Assembly (NCBI RefSeq): GCF_009914755.1
Contig: NC_060937.1
DNA: 64,000 nt
From: the human T2T-CHM13v2.0 reference genome, Homo sapiens
Strand: one strand, 5' to 3'
How positions within the stretch are numbered: position 1 is the stretch's first letter; the number at the start of each line of letters is the position of its first letter. The position numbers were made by a program, and so were the translations under genes. Below, piece after piece: positions 14,101-30,008 of the stretch. A model generated the notes under the pieces. That model ran no database searches, was not told the DNA's origin, and was given only the letters and a program-made list of their open reading frames with translations.

Positions 14101-16317
14101 CATAAAACATCAAAGTACACCAAGTATATACTATATACTCTGCATAAAATATTAAATTACCCAAAATATGTATTGCATTGTGTACATAAAATATGAAAGT
14201 AACCAAACATTTATAATAAACTGTACATAAAATTTCAAAGTACTCAAACTGTATATTATATACTGTACATAAAGTATCAAAGTACCCAAACTGTGTAGTA
14301 TATACTGTACATAAAATATCAAGGTACCCAAAATATATATTGTAAACTGTAGATAAAATATCAAAGTACCCAAAATATATATTATATACTGTACATAAAA
14401 TATGAAGGCACATCCAATATATACTATATTCTGTACATAAAATATCAAAGTACACCAAATGTATATTATATACTGTATAAAAAATATCAAAGTACCCAAA
14501 GTGTATATTATATACTGTACATAAAATATGAAGGTTCATCAAATATATTTTATATTCTGCACATAATATATCAAAGTACAGCAAATATATATTATATACT
14601 GTACATAAAATATCAAAGTACCCAAAATATGTATTATATACTGTACATAAAATATGAAAGTAACCAAACATTTATAATAAACTGTACATAAAGTATCAAA
14701 GTACTCAAACTACATATTATATACAGTATATAAAATGTCAAAGTACCCAAACTGTATATTATATACTGTACATAATATATCAAAGTACCCGAATATATAG
14801 CATACTGTACATAAAATATCAAGGTACCCAAAGTGTGTATTATACACTGCACATAAAATATGAAGGTACATAAAATATATATTGTATTCTGTACATAAAA
14901 TATCAAAGTACTCCAAATATATATTATATGCTGTACATAATATATTATAGTCGCCCAAATATATATTATATACTGTACATAAAATATGAAGGTACATCAA
15001 ATATATATTATATGCTGCACATAAAATATCAAAGTACCCAAAGTATGTGTTATATACTGTACATAAAATATCAAAGTACCCAATGTATATATTATATACT
15101 GTACATAAAATATAAAATACCCCAAATATATATTATATGCTATACATAAAATATCAAAGTACACAAAATATGTATTATATACTGTACATAAAATACCAAA
15201 GGACCCAAAATATATATTATATACTGTACATAAAATATCAAAATACCCAAAATATATATTATATACTGTACATAAAATACCAAAGTACCCAAAGTATATA
15301 TTATATACCGTACAAAAAATATCAAAGTAGCCAAAATATGTATTATACACTGTACATAATATATGAAAGTACCCAAACATTTATAATAAACTGTACATAA
15401 AATATCAATATACTCAAACTATATATTATCTGCGGTACATAAGATATCAAAGTATCCATACTATATAGTATATACTGTACTTAAAATATCAAAATACCCA
15501 AAATATATATTATATACGTTACATAAACTATCAAATACACAAAGTATGTATTATATACTGTACATAAAATAGAAAAGTTCCCAAAATATGTATTATATAT
15601 ATTATAAATATGTACATAAAATATGAAAGTACCCAACCATTTATAATAAACTCTACATAAAACACCAAAGTACCCAAACTGTGTATTATATACTGTCCAT
15701 AAAATATCAAAGTACCCAAAATATGTATTGTAAACTCTACATAAAATATCAAAGTAGCCAAAATACATATTGTATACTGTACATAAAATATAAAAGTACC
15801 CCAAATATATATTATATACTGTACATAAAATATCAAAGTACCCATAATACATATTATATACTGTACATAAAATATCAAAGGACCCAAAATAAACATTATA
15901 TACTGTACATAAAATATCCAAATACTCAAAATATATATTACATACTGTACATAAAATATCAAAGTACCCAAATTATGTACTATATACTGTACGTAAAATA
16001 TCAGAGTACCCAAAATATGCATTATATACTGTACATAAAATATGAAAGTAACAAAACATTTATAATAAACTGTACATAAAATATCAAAGTACTCAAACTA
16101 TATATCATATACTGTACATAAAATATCAAAGTACCCAAACTGTGTATTATTATATACTGTATATAAAATATCAAAGTACCTGAAATATATATTGTATACT
16201 GTACATAAAATATCAAAGTACCCAAAATATATACTATATACTGTACATAAAATATGAAGGTACATCAAATATATATTATATCCTGTACATAAAATAACAA
16301 AGTACACCTATTATATA

Positions 16318-19300
16318 TTGTGTACTGTACATAATATATTAAATCGCCCAAATATATATTGTATACTGTATATAAAATATGAAGGTACTTCAAATATATA
16401 TTATATGCTGCACATAAAATATCAAAGTACCCAAGGTATGCATTACATACTGTACATAAAATATCAAAGTACACAAATTATATATTATATACTGTACATA
16501 AAAAATGTAGGTTCATCAAATATATTTTATATTCTGTACATAATATATCAAAGTACATCAAATATATATTATATACGGTACATAAAATATCAAATTACCC
16601 AAAATATATATTATTTACTGTACATAAAATATGAAAGTAACCAAACATTTATAATAAACTGTACATAAATTATCAAAGTACTCAATCTACATATTATATA
16701 CAGTATATAAAATATCAAAGTACACAAACTGTATATTATATACTGTACATAATATGTCAAAGTACCCAGAATATATAGCATACTGTACATACAATATCAA
16801 AGTACCCAGAATGTATATTGTATACTGTACATAAAATATGAAGGTACATCAAAGATATATTATATTCTGTACATAAAATATCAAAGTACACCAAATATAT
16901 ATTATATGCTGTACATAATATATTAAAGTTGCCCATGTATACATTTTATACTGTACATAAAATATGAAGGTACATCAAATATATAGTATATGCTGCACAT
17001 AAAATATCAAAGTACCCAAAGTATGTATTATATACTGTACATAAAATATCAAAGTACCAAAAGTATATATTACCTACTGTAAATAAAATGTGAAGATACC
17101 TCAAATATATATTATATTCTGTACATGAAATATCAAAGTACACCAAGTATATACTATATACTCTACATAAAATATTAAATTACCCAAAATATGTATTGTA
17201 TTGTGTACATAAAATATGAAAATAACCAAACATTTATAATAAACTGTACATAAAATATCAAAGTACTCAAACTTTATATTATATACTGTACATAAAGTAT
17301 CAAAGTACCCAAACTGTGTAGTATATACTGTACATAAAATATCAAGGTACCCAAAATGTATATTGTAAACTGTAGATAAAATATCAAAGTACCCAAAATA
17401 TATATTATATACTGTACATAAAATATGAAGGCACATCCAATATATATTATATTCTGTACATAAAATATCAAAGTACACCAAATGTATATTATATACTGTA
17501 CATAAAATATAAAACTACCCCAAATATATATTATATACTCTACATAAAATATCAAAGAACCCAAAATATATATTATATACTGTACATAATATATCAAAGT
17601 ACCCATAGTATGTATTATATCCTGTACATAAAATATGAAAGTACGTCAAATATATATTCTATTCTGCACATAAAATATCATATTGCACCAAATATATATT
17701 GTATACTGTATATAAAATGTGAAGGTACTTCAAATATATATTATATGCTGCACATAAAATATCAAAGTACCCAAAGTATGCATTATATACTGTACATAAA
17801 ATATCAAAGTACCCAAAGTGTATATTATATACTGTACATAAAATATGAAGGTTCATCAAATATATTTTATATTCTGCACATAATATATCAAAGTACAGCA
17901 AATATATATTATATACTGTACATAAAATAACAAAGTAACAAAAATATGTATTATATACTGTACATAAAATATGAAAGTAACCAAATATTTATAATAAACT
18001 GTATATAAAATATCAAAGTACTCAAACTACATATTATATACAGTATATAAAATATCAAAGTACCCAAACTATATATTATATACTGTACATACTATATCAA
18101 AGTACCCGAATATAGAGCATACTGTACATAAAATATCAAATTACCCAAAATATATATTGTATACTGTACATAAAATATGAAGGTACATCAAAGATATATT
18201 ATATTCTGTACATAAAATATCAAAGTACACCAAATATATATTATATGCTGTACAGAATATATTAAAGTCGACCAAATGTATATTATATAGTGTACATAAA
18301 ATATGAAGGTACATCAAATATATATTATATGCTGCACATAAAATATCAAAGTACCCAAAGTATGTATTATATACTGTACATAAAATATCAAAGTACCCAA
18401 AGTATATATTATATACTGTACATAAAATATAAAATACCCCAAATATATATTATATGCTGTACATAAAATATCAAAGTACACAAAATATGCATTATGTACT
18501 GTACATAAATTATCAAAGGACCCAAAATATATATTATATAGTGTACATAAAATATCAAAATACCCAAAATATATATTATATACTGTACATAAAATACCAA
18601 AGTACCCAAAGTATATATTATATACTGTATAAAAAATATCAAAGTAGCCAAAATATGTATTATACACTGTACATAATATATGAAAGTACCCAAACATTTA
18701 TAATAAACTGTACATAAAATATCAATGTACTCAAATTATATATTATGTGCGGTACTTAAGATATCAAAGTACCCATACTATATAGTATGTACTGTACTTA
18801 AAATATCAAAATACCCAAAATATATATTATATACGTTACATAAACTATCAAATACACAAAGTATGTATTACATACTGTACATAAAATAGCAAAGTTCCCA
18901 AAATATGTATTATATACTGTACATAAAATATGAAAGTAACCAACCATTTATAATAAACTCTACATAAAATACCAAAGTACCCAAACTGTGTATTATATAC
19001 TCTCCATAAAATAGCAAAGTACCCAAAATATATATTGTCAACTGTACATAAAATATCAAAGTAGCCAAAATATATATAGTATACCGTACATAAAATATAA
19101 AAGTACCCCAAATATGTATTATATACTGTACATAAAATATCAAAGTACCGATAATACATATTATATAGTGTACATAAAATATCAGAGGACCCAAAATAAA
19201 CATTATATACTGTACATAAAATATCCAAATACTCAAAATATATATTACATACTGTACATAAAATATCAAAGTACCCAAATTATGTATTATATACTGTACA

Positions 19301-19624
19301 TAAAATATCAGAGTACCCAAAATATGCATTATATACTGTACATAAAATATGAAAGTAACAAAACATTTATAATAAACTGTACATAAAATATCAAAGTACT
19401 CAAACTATATATCATATACTGTACATAAAATATCAAAGTACCCAAACTGTGTATTATTATATACTGTATATAAAATATCAAAGTACCTGAAATATATACT
19501 GTATACTGTACATAAAATATCAAAGTACCCAAAATATATACTATATACTGTACATAAAATATGAAGGTACATCAAATATATATTATATCCTGTACATAAA
19601 ATATCAAAGTACACCTATTATATA
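16318..19624 (+). repeat. Intact long HOR unit (~3,307 bp, 79 monomers)
   Basis: Marker spacing 16318 to 19625 is 3307 = 3013 + 294. The unit contains the 7-monomer block at ~17502-17795. Confidence 0.88.
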
Positions 19625-19899
19625 TTGTGTACTGTACATAATATATTAAATCGCCCAAATATATATTGTATACTGTATATAAAATATGAAGGTACTTCAA
19701 ATATATATTATATGCTGCACATAAAATATCAAAGTACCCAAAGTATGCATTACATACTGTACATAAAATATCAAAGTACACATATTATCTATTATATAAT
19801 GTACATAAAATATGAAGGTTCATCAAATATATATTATATTCTGTACATAATATATCAAAGTACATCAAATATATATTATATACTGTACATAAAATATCA

Positions 19900-22800
19900 A
19901 AGTACCAAAAATATGTATTATATACTGTACATAAAATATGAAAGTAACCAAACATTTATAATATACTGTACATAAAATATCAAAGTACTCAGTCTACATA
20001 TTACATACAGTATATAAAATATCAAAGTACACACACTGTATATTATATACTGTACATAATATATCAAAGTACCCAGAATATATAACATACTGTACATAAA
20101 ATATCAAAGTACCCAAAATATATATGGTATACTGTACATAAAATATGAAGGTACATCAAAGATATATTATATTCTGTACATAAAATATCAAACTACACCA
20201 AATATATATTATATGCTGTACATAATATATTAAAGTTGCCCAAATACACATTCTATACTGTACATAAAATATGAACGTACATCAAATATATAGTATATGC
20301 TGCACATAAAATATCAAAGTACCCAAAGTATGTATTATACACTGTACATAAAATATCAAAGTACCAAAAGTATATATTACATACTGTAAATAAAATATGA
20401 AGGTACCTCAAATATATATTATATTCTGTACATAAAATATCAAAGTCCACCAAGTATATACTATATACTCTGCATAAAATATTAAATTACCCAAAATATG
20501 TATTGCATTGTGTACATAAAATATGAAAGTAACCAAACATTTATAATAAACTGTACATAAAATATCAAAGTACTCAAACTGTATATTATATACTGTACAT
20601 AAAGTATCAAAGTACCCAAACTGTGTAGTATATACTGTACATAAAATATCAAGGTACCCAAAATATATATTGTAAACTGTAGATTAAATATCAAAGTACC
20701 CAAAATATATATTATATACTGTACATAAAATATGAAGGCACATCCAATATATACTATATTCTGTACATAAAATATCAAAGTACACCAAATGTATATTATA
20801 TACTGTACATAAAATATCAAAGTACCCAAAGTGTATATTATATACTGTACATAAAATATGAAGGTTCATCAAATATATTTTATATTCTGCACATAATATA
20901 TCAAAGTACAGCAAATATATATTATATACTGTACATAAAATATCAAAGTACCCAAAATATGTATTATATACTGTACATAAAATATGAAAGTAACCAAACA
21001 TTTATAATAAACTTTACATAAAGTATCAAAGTACTCAAACTACATATTATATACAGTATATAAAATATCAAAGTACCCCAACTGTATATTATATACTGTA
21101 CATAATATATAAAGGTACCCAAATATATAGCATACTGTACATAAAATATCAAAGTACCCAAAATATATATTATATACTGTACATAAAATATCAAAATACC
21201 CAAAATATATATTATATACTGTACATAAATTACCAAAGTACCCAAAGTATATATTATGTAACGTACAAAAAATATCAAAGTAGCCAAAATATGTATTATA
21301 CACTGTACTTAATATATGAAAGTACCCAAACATTTATAATAAACTGTAAATAAAATATCAATGTACTCAAACTATATATTATGTGCGGTACATAAGATAT
21401 CAAAGTACCCATGCTATATAGTATATACTGTACTTAAAATATCAAAATACCCAAAATATATATTATATACGTTACATAAACTATCAAATACACAAAGTAT
21501 GTATTATATACTGTACATAAAATAGCAAAGTTCCCAAAATATGTATTATATACTGTACATAAAATATGAAAGTACCCAACCATTTATAATAAACTCTACA
21601 TAAAATACCAAAGTACCCAAACTGTGTATTATATACTGTCCATAAAATATCAAAGGACCCAAAATATATATTGTAAACTCTACATAAAATATCAAAGTAG
21701 CCAAAATACATATTGTATACTGTACATAAAATATAAAAGTACCCCAAATATATATTATATACTGTACATAAAATATCAAAGTACCCATAATACATATTAT
21801 ATACTGTACATAAAATATCAAAGGACCCAAAATAAACATTATATACTGTACATAAAATATCCAAATACTCAAAATATATATTACATACTGTACATAAAAT
21901 ATCAAAGTACCCAAATTATGTATTATATACTGTATATAAAATATCAGAGTACCCAAAATATGCATTATATACTGTACATAAAATATGAAGGTACATCAAA
22001 TATATAGTATATGCTGCACATAAAATATCAAAGTACCCAAAGTATGTATTATATACTGTACATAAAATATCAAAGTACCAAAAGTATATATTACCTACTG
22101 TAAATAAAATATGAAGATACCTCAAATATATATTATATTCTGTACATAAAATATCAAAGTGCACCAAGTATATACTATATACTCTACATAAAATATTAAA
22201 TTACCCAAAATATGTATTGTATTGTGTACATAAAATATGAAAGTAACCAAACATTTATAATAAACTGTACATAAAATATCAAAGTACTCAAACTTTATAT
22301 TATATACTGTACATAAAGTATCAAAGTACCCAAACTGTGTAGTATATACTGTACATGAAATATCAAGGTACCCAAAATGTATATTGTAAACTGTAGATAA
22401 AATATCAAAGTACCCAAAATATATATTATATACTGTACATAAAATATGAAGGCACATCCAATATATATTATATTCTGTACATAAAATATCAAAGTACACC
22501 AAATGTATATTATATACTGTACATAAAATATAAAACTACCCCAAATATATCTTATATACTCTACATAAAATATCAAAGTACCCAAAATATATATTATATA
22601 CTGTACATAAAATATCAAAGTACCCATAGTATGTATTATATCCTGTACATAAAATATGAAGGTACATCAAATATATATTCTATTCTGCACATAAAATATC
22701 ATATTGCACCAAATATATATTGTATACTGTATATAAAATATGAAGGTACTTCAAATATATATTATATGCTGCACATAAAATATCAAAGTACCCAAAGTAT

Positions 22801-25800
22801 GCATTATATACTGTACATAAAATATCAAAGTACCCAAAGTGTATATTATATACTGTACATAAATTATGAAGGTTCATCAAATATATTTTATATTCTGCAC
22901 ATAATATATCAAAGTACAGCAAATATATATTATATATTGTACATAAAATAACAAAGTACCAAAAATATGTATTATATACTGTACATAAAATATGAAAGTA
23001 ACCAAATATTTATAATAAACTGTATATAAAATATCAAAGTACTCAAACTACATATTATATACAGTATATAAAATATCAAAGTACCCAAACTATATATTAT
23101 ATACTGTACATACTATATCAAAGTACCCAAATATATAGCATACTGTCCATAAAATATCAAAGTACCCAAAATATATATTGTATACTGTACATAAAATATG
23201 AAGGTACATCAAAGATATATTATATCCTGTACATAAAATATCAAAGTACACCAAATATATATTATATGCTGTACATAATATATTAAAGTCGACCAAATAT
23301 ATATTATATACTGTACATAAAATATGAAGGTACCTCAACTATATATTATATGCTGCACATAAATTATCAAAGTACCCAAAGTATGTATTATATACTGTAC
23401 ATAAAATATCAAAGTACCCAAAGTATATATTATATACTGTACATAAAATATAAAATACCCCAAATATATATTATATGCTGTACATAAAATATCAAAGTAC
23501 ACAAAATATGTATTATGTACTGTACATACAATATAAAGGACCCAAAATATATACTATATACTGTACATAAAATATCAAAATACCCAAAATATATATTATA
23601 TACTGTACATAAAATACCAAAGTACCCAAAGTATATATTATATACCGTACAAAAAATATCAAAGTAGCCAAAATATGTATTATACACTGTACATAATATA
23701 TGAAAGTACCCAAACATTTATAATAAACTGTACATAAAATATCAATGTACTCAAACTATGTATTATGTGCGGTACATAACATATCAAAGTATCCATACTA
23801 TATAGTATGTACTGCACTTAAAATATCAAAATACCCAAAATATATATTATATACGTTACATAAACTATCAAATACACAAAGTATGTATTATATACTGTAC
23901 ATAAAATAGCAAAGTTCCCAAAATATGTATTATATACTGTACATAAAATATGAAAGTACCCAACCATTTATAATAAACTCTACATAAAATACCAAAGTAC
24001 CCAAACTGTGTATTATATACTGTCCATAAAATATCAAAGTACCCAAAATATATATTGTAAACTCTACATAAAATATCAAAGTAGCCAAAATACATATTTT
24101 ATACTGTACATAAAATATGAAAGTACCCCAAATATGTATTATATACTGTACATAAAATATCAAAGTACCCATAATACATATTATATACTGTACATAAAAT
24201 ATCAAAGGACCCAAAATAAACATTATATACTGTACATAAAATATCCAAATACTCAAAATATATATTACGTACTGTACATAAAATATCAAAGTACCCAAAT
24301 TATGTATTATATACTGTACGTAAAATATCAGAGTACCCAAAATATGCATTATATACTGTACATAAAATATGAAAGTAACAATACATTTATAATAAACTGT
24401 ACAAAAAATATCAAAGTACTCAAACTATATATCATATACTGTACATAAAATATCAAAGTACCCAAACTGTGTATTATTATATACTGTATATAAAATATCA
24501 AATACCTGAAATATATATTGTATACTGTACATAAAATATCAAAGTACCCAAAATATATACTATATACTGTACATAAAATATGAAGGTACATCAAATATAT
24601 ATTATATCCTGTACATAAAATATCAAAGTACACCTATTATATATTGTGTACTGTACATAATATATTAAATCGCCCAAATATATATTGTATACTGTATATA
24701 AAATATGAAGGTACTTCAAATATATATTATATGCTGCACATAAAATATCAAAGTACCCAAAGTATGCATTACATACTGTACATAAAATATCAAAGTACAC
24801 ATATTATATATTATATAATGTACATAAAATATGAAGGTTCATCAAATATATATTATATTCTGTACATAATATATCAAAGTACATAAAATATATATTATAT
24901 ACGGTACATAAAATATCAAAGTACCAAAAATATGTATTATATACTGTACATAAAACATGAAAGTAACCAAACATTTCTAATAAACTGTACATTAAATATC
25001 AAAGTACTCAATGTACATAATATATACAGTATATAAAATATCAAAGTACACAAACTGTATATTATATACTGTACATAATATATCAAAGTACCCAGAATAT
25101 ATAGCATACTGTACATAAAATATCAAAGTACCCAAAATATATATTGTATACTGTACTTAAAATATGAAGGTACATCAAAGATATATTATATTCTGTACAT
25201 AAAATATCAAAGTACACCAAATATATATTATATGCTGTACATAGTATATTAAAGTTGCCCGTATATACATTATATACTGTACATAAAATATGAACGTACA
25301 TCAAATATATAGTATATGCTGCACATAAAATATCAAAGTACCCAAAGTATGTATTATACACTGTACATAAAATATCAAAGTACCAAAAGTATATATTACA
25401 TACTGTAAATAAAATATGAAGGTACCTCAAATATATATTATATTCTGTACATAAAATATCAAAGTACACCAAGTATATACTATATACTCTGCATAAAATA
25501 TTAAATTACCCAAAATATGTATTGTATTGTGTACATAAAATATGAAAGTAACCAAACATTTATAATAAACTGTACATAAAATATCAAAATACTCAAACTG
25601 TATATTATATACTGTACATAAAGTATCAAAGTACCCAAACTGTGTAGTATATACTGTACATAAAATATCAAGGTACCCAAAATATATATTGTAAACTGTA
25701 GATAAAATATCAAAGTACCCAAAATATATATTATATACTGTACATAAAATGTGAAGGCACATCCAATATATATTATATTCTGTACATAAAATATCAAAGT

Positions 25801-27550
25801 ACACCAAATGTATATTATATACTGTACATAAAATATCAAAGTACCCAAAGTGTATATTATATACTGTACATAAAATATGAAGGTTCATCAAATATATTTT
25901 ATATTCTGCACATAATATATCAAAGTACAGCAAATATATATTATATACTGTACATAAAATATCAAAGTACCCAAAATATGTATTATATACTGTACATAAA
26001 ATATGAAAGTAACCAAACATTTATAATAAACTGTACATAAAGTATCAAAGTACTCAAACTACATATTATATACAGTATATAAAATGTCAAAGTACCCAAA
26101 CTGTATATTATATACTGTACATAATATATCAAAGTACCCGAATATATAGCATACTGTACATAAAATATCAAAGTACCCAAAGTGTGTTTTATACACTGCA
26201 CATAAAATATGAAGGTACATAAAATATATATTGTATTCTGTACATAAAATATCAAAGTACTCCAAATATATATTATATGCTGTACATAATATATTAAAGT
26301 CGCCCAAATATATATTATATACTGTGCATAAAATATGAAGGTACATCAAATATATATTATATGCTGCACATAAAATATCAAAGTACCCAAAGTATGTGTT
26401 ATATACTGTACATAAAATATCAAAGTACCCAAAGTATATATTACATACTGTACATAAAATATAAAATACCCCAAATATATATTATATGCTGTACATAAAA
26501 TATCAAAGTACACAAAATATGTATTATATACTGTACATAAAATACCAAAGGACCCAAAATATATATTATATACTGTACATAAAATATCAAAATACCCAAA
26601 ATATATATTATATACTGTACATAAAATACCAAAGTACCCAAAGTATATATTATATACCGTACAAAAAATATCAAAGTAGCCAAAATATGTATTATACACT
26701 GTACATAATATATGAAAGTACCCAAACATTTATAATAAACTGTACATAAAATATCAATGTACTCAAACTATATATTATGTGCGGTACATAAGATATCAAA
26801 GTACCCATACTATATAGTATATACTGTACTTAAAATATCAAAATACCCAAAATATATATTATATACGTTACATAAACTATCAAGTACACAAAGTATGTAT
26901 TATATACTGTACATAAAATAGCAAAGTTCCCAAAATATGTAATATATATATTATAAATATGTACATAAAATATGAAAGTATCCAACCATTTATAATAAAC
27001 TCTACATAAAACACCAAAGTACCCAAACTGTGTATTATATACTGTCCATAAAATATCAAAGTACCCAAAATATATATTGTAAACTGTACATAAAATATCA
27101 AAGTAGCCAAAATACATATTGTATACTGTACATAAAATATAAAAGTACCCCAAATATATATTATATACTGTACATAAAATATCAAAGTACCCATAATACA
27201 TATTATATACTGTACATAAAATATCAAAGGACCCAAAATAAACATTATATACTGTACATAAAATATCCAAATACTCAAAATATATATTACATACTGTACA
27301 TAAAATATCAAAGTACCCAAATTATGTATTATATACTGTACGTAAAATATCAGAGTACCCAAAATATGCATTATATACTGTACATAAAATATGAAAGTAA
27401 CAAAACATTTATAATAAACTGTACATAAAATATCAAAGTACTCAAACTATATATCATATACTGTACATAAAATATCAAAGTACCCAAAATATATATTGTA
27501 TACTGTACATAAAATATGAAGGTACATCAAAGATATATTATATTCTGTAC
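19900..27550 (+). repeat. Segmental duplication within the array, copy 1 (~7.7 kb)
   Basis: ORF-track pairs show a constant 16,285-bp offset (20253/36538, 21916/38201, 23090/39375, 24349/40634, 27030/43315). The copies share three deletion junctions and private SNVs. Boundaries approximate. Confidence 0.88.
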
Positions 27551-30008
27551 ATAAAATATCAAACTACACCAAATATATATTATATGCTGTACATAATATA
27601 TCAAAGTTGCCCATATATACATTCTATACTGTACATAAAATATGAACGTACATCAAATATATAGTATATGCTGCACATAAAATATCAAAGTACCCAAAGT
27701 ATGTATTATACACTGTACATAAAATATCAAAGTACCAAAAGTATATATTACATACTGTAAATAAAATATGAAGGTACCTCAAATATATATTATATTCTAT
27801 ACATAAAATATCAAAGTACACCAAGTATATACTATATACTCTGCATAAAATATTAAATTACCCAAAATATGTATTGCATTGTGTACATAAAATATGAAAG
27901 TAACCAAACGTTTATAATAAACTGTACATAAAATATCAAAGTACTCAAACTGTATATTATATACTGTACATAAAGTATCAAAGTACCCAAACTGTGTAGT
28001 ATATATTGTACATAAAATACCAAGGTACCCAAAATATATATTGTAAACTGTAGATAAAATATCAAAGTACCCAAAATATATATTATATACTGTACATGAA
28101 ATATGAAGGCACATCCAATATATATTATACTCTGTACATAAAATATCAAAGTACACCAAATGTATATTATATACTGTACATAAAATATGAAAGTACCCAA
28201 TGTGTATATTATATACTGTACATAAACTATGAAGGTTCATCAAATATATTTTATATTCTGCACATAATATATCAAAGTACAGCAAATATATATTATATAC
28301 TGTACATAAAATATCAAAGTACCCAAAATATGTATTATATACTGTACATAAAATATGAAAGTAAGCAAACATTTATAATAAACTGTACATAAAGTATCAA
28401 AGTACTCAAACTACATATTATATACAGTATATAAAATATCAAAGTACCCAAACTGTATATTATATACTGTACATAATATATCAAAGTACCCGAATATATA
28501 GCATACTCCACATAAAATATCAAAGTACCCAAAGTTTGTATTATACACTGCACATAAAATATGGAGGTACATCAAAGATATATTATATTCTGTACATAAA
28601 ATATCCAAGTACACCAAATATATATTATATGCTGTACATAATATATTAAAGTCGACCAAATATATATTATATACTGTACATAAAATATGAAGGTACATCA
28701 AATATATATTATATGCTGCACATAAAATATCAAAGTACCCAAAGTATGTGTTATATACTGTACATAAAATATCAAAGTACCCAAAGTATATATTATATAC
28801 TGTACATAAAATATAAAATACCCCAAATATATATTATATGCTCTACATAAAATATCAAAGTACACAAAATATGTATTATATACTGTACATAAAATACCAA
28901 AGGACCCAAAATATATATTATATACTGTACATAAAATATCAAAATACCCAAAATATATATTATATACTGTACATAAAATACCAAAGTACCCAAAGTATAT
29001 ATTATATACCGTACAAAAAATATCAAAGTAGCCAAAATATGTATTATACACTGTACATAATATATGAAAGTACCCAAACATTTATAATAAACTGTACATA
29101 AAATATCAATGTACTCAAACTATATATTATGTGCGGTACATAAGATATCAAAGTACCCATACTATATAGTATATACTGTACTTAAAATATCAAAATACCC
29201 AAAATATATATTATATACGTTACATAAACTATCACATACACAAAGTATGTATTATATACTGTACATAAAATAGCAAAGTTCCCAAAATATGTATTATATA
29301 CTGTACATAAAATATGAAAGTACCCAACCATTCATAATAAAGTCTACATAAAATACCAAAGTACCCAAACTGTGTATTATATACTGTCCATAAAATATCA
29401 AAGGACCCAAAATATATATTGTAAACTCTACATAAAATATCAAAGTAGCCAAAATACATATTGTATACTGTACATAAAATATAAAAGTACCCGAAATATA
29501 TATTATATACTGTACATAAAATATCAAAGTACCCATAATACATATTATATACTGTACATAAAATATCAAAGGACCCAAAATAAACATTATATACTGTACA
29601 TAAAATATCCAAATACTCAAAATATATATTACATACTGTACATAAAATATCAAAGTACCCAAATTATGTATTATATACTGTACGTAAAATATCAGAGTAC
29701 CCAAAATATGCATTATATACTGTACATAAAATATGAAAGTAACAAAACATTTATAATAAACTGTACATAAAATATCAAAGTACTCAAACTATATATCATA
29801 TACTGTACATAAAATATCAAAGTACCCAAACTGTGTATTATTACATACTTTATATAAAATATCAAAGTACCTGAAATATATATTTTATACTGTACATAAA
29901 ATATCAAAGTACCCAAAATATATACTATATACTGTACATAAAATATGAAGGTACATCAAATATATATTATATCCTGTACATAAAATATCAAAGTACTCCT
30001 ATTATATA

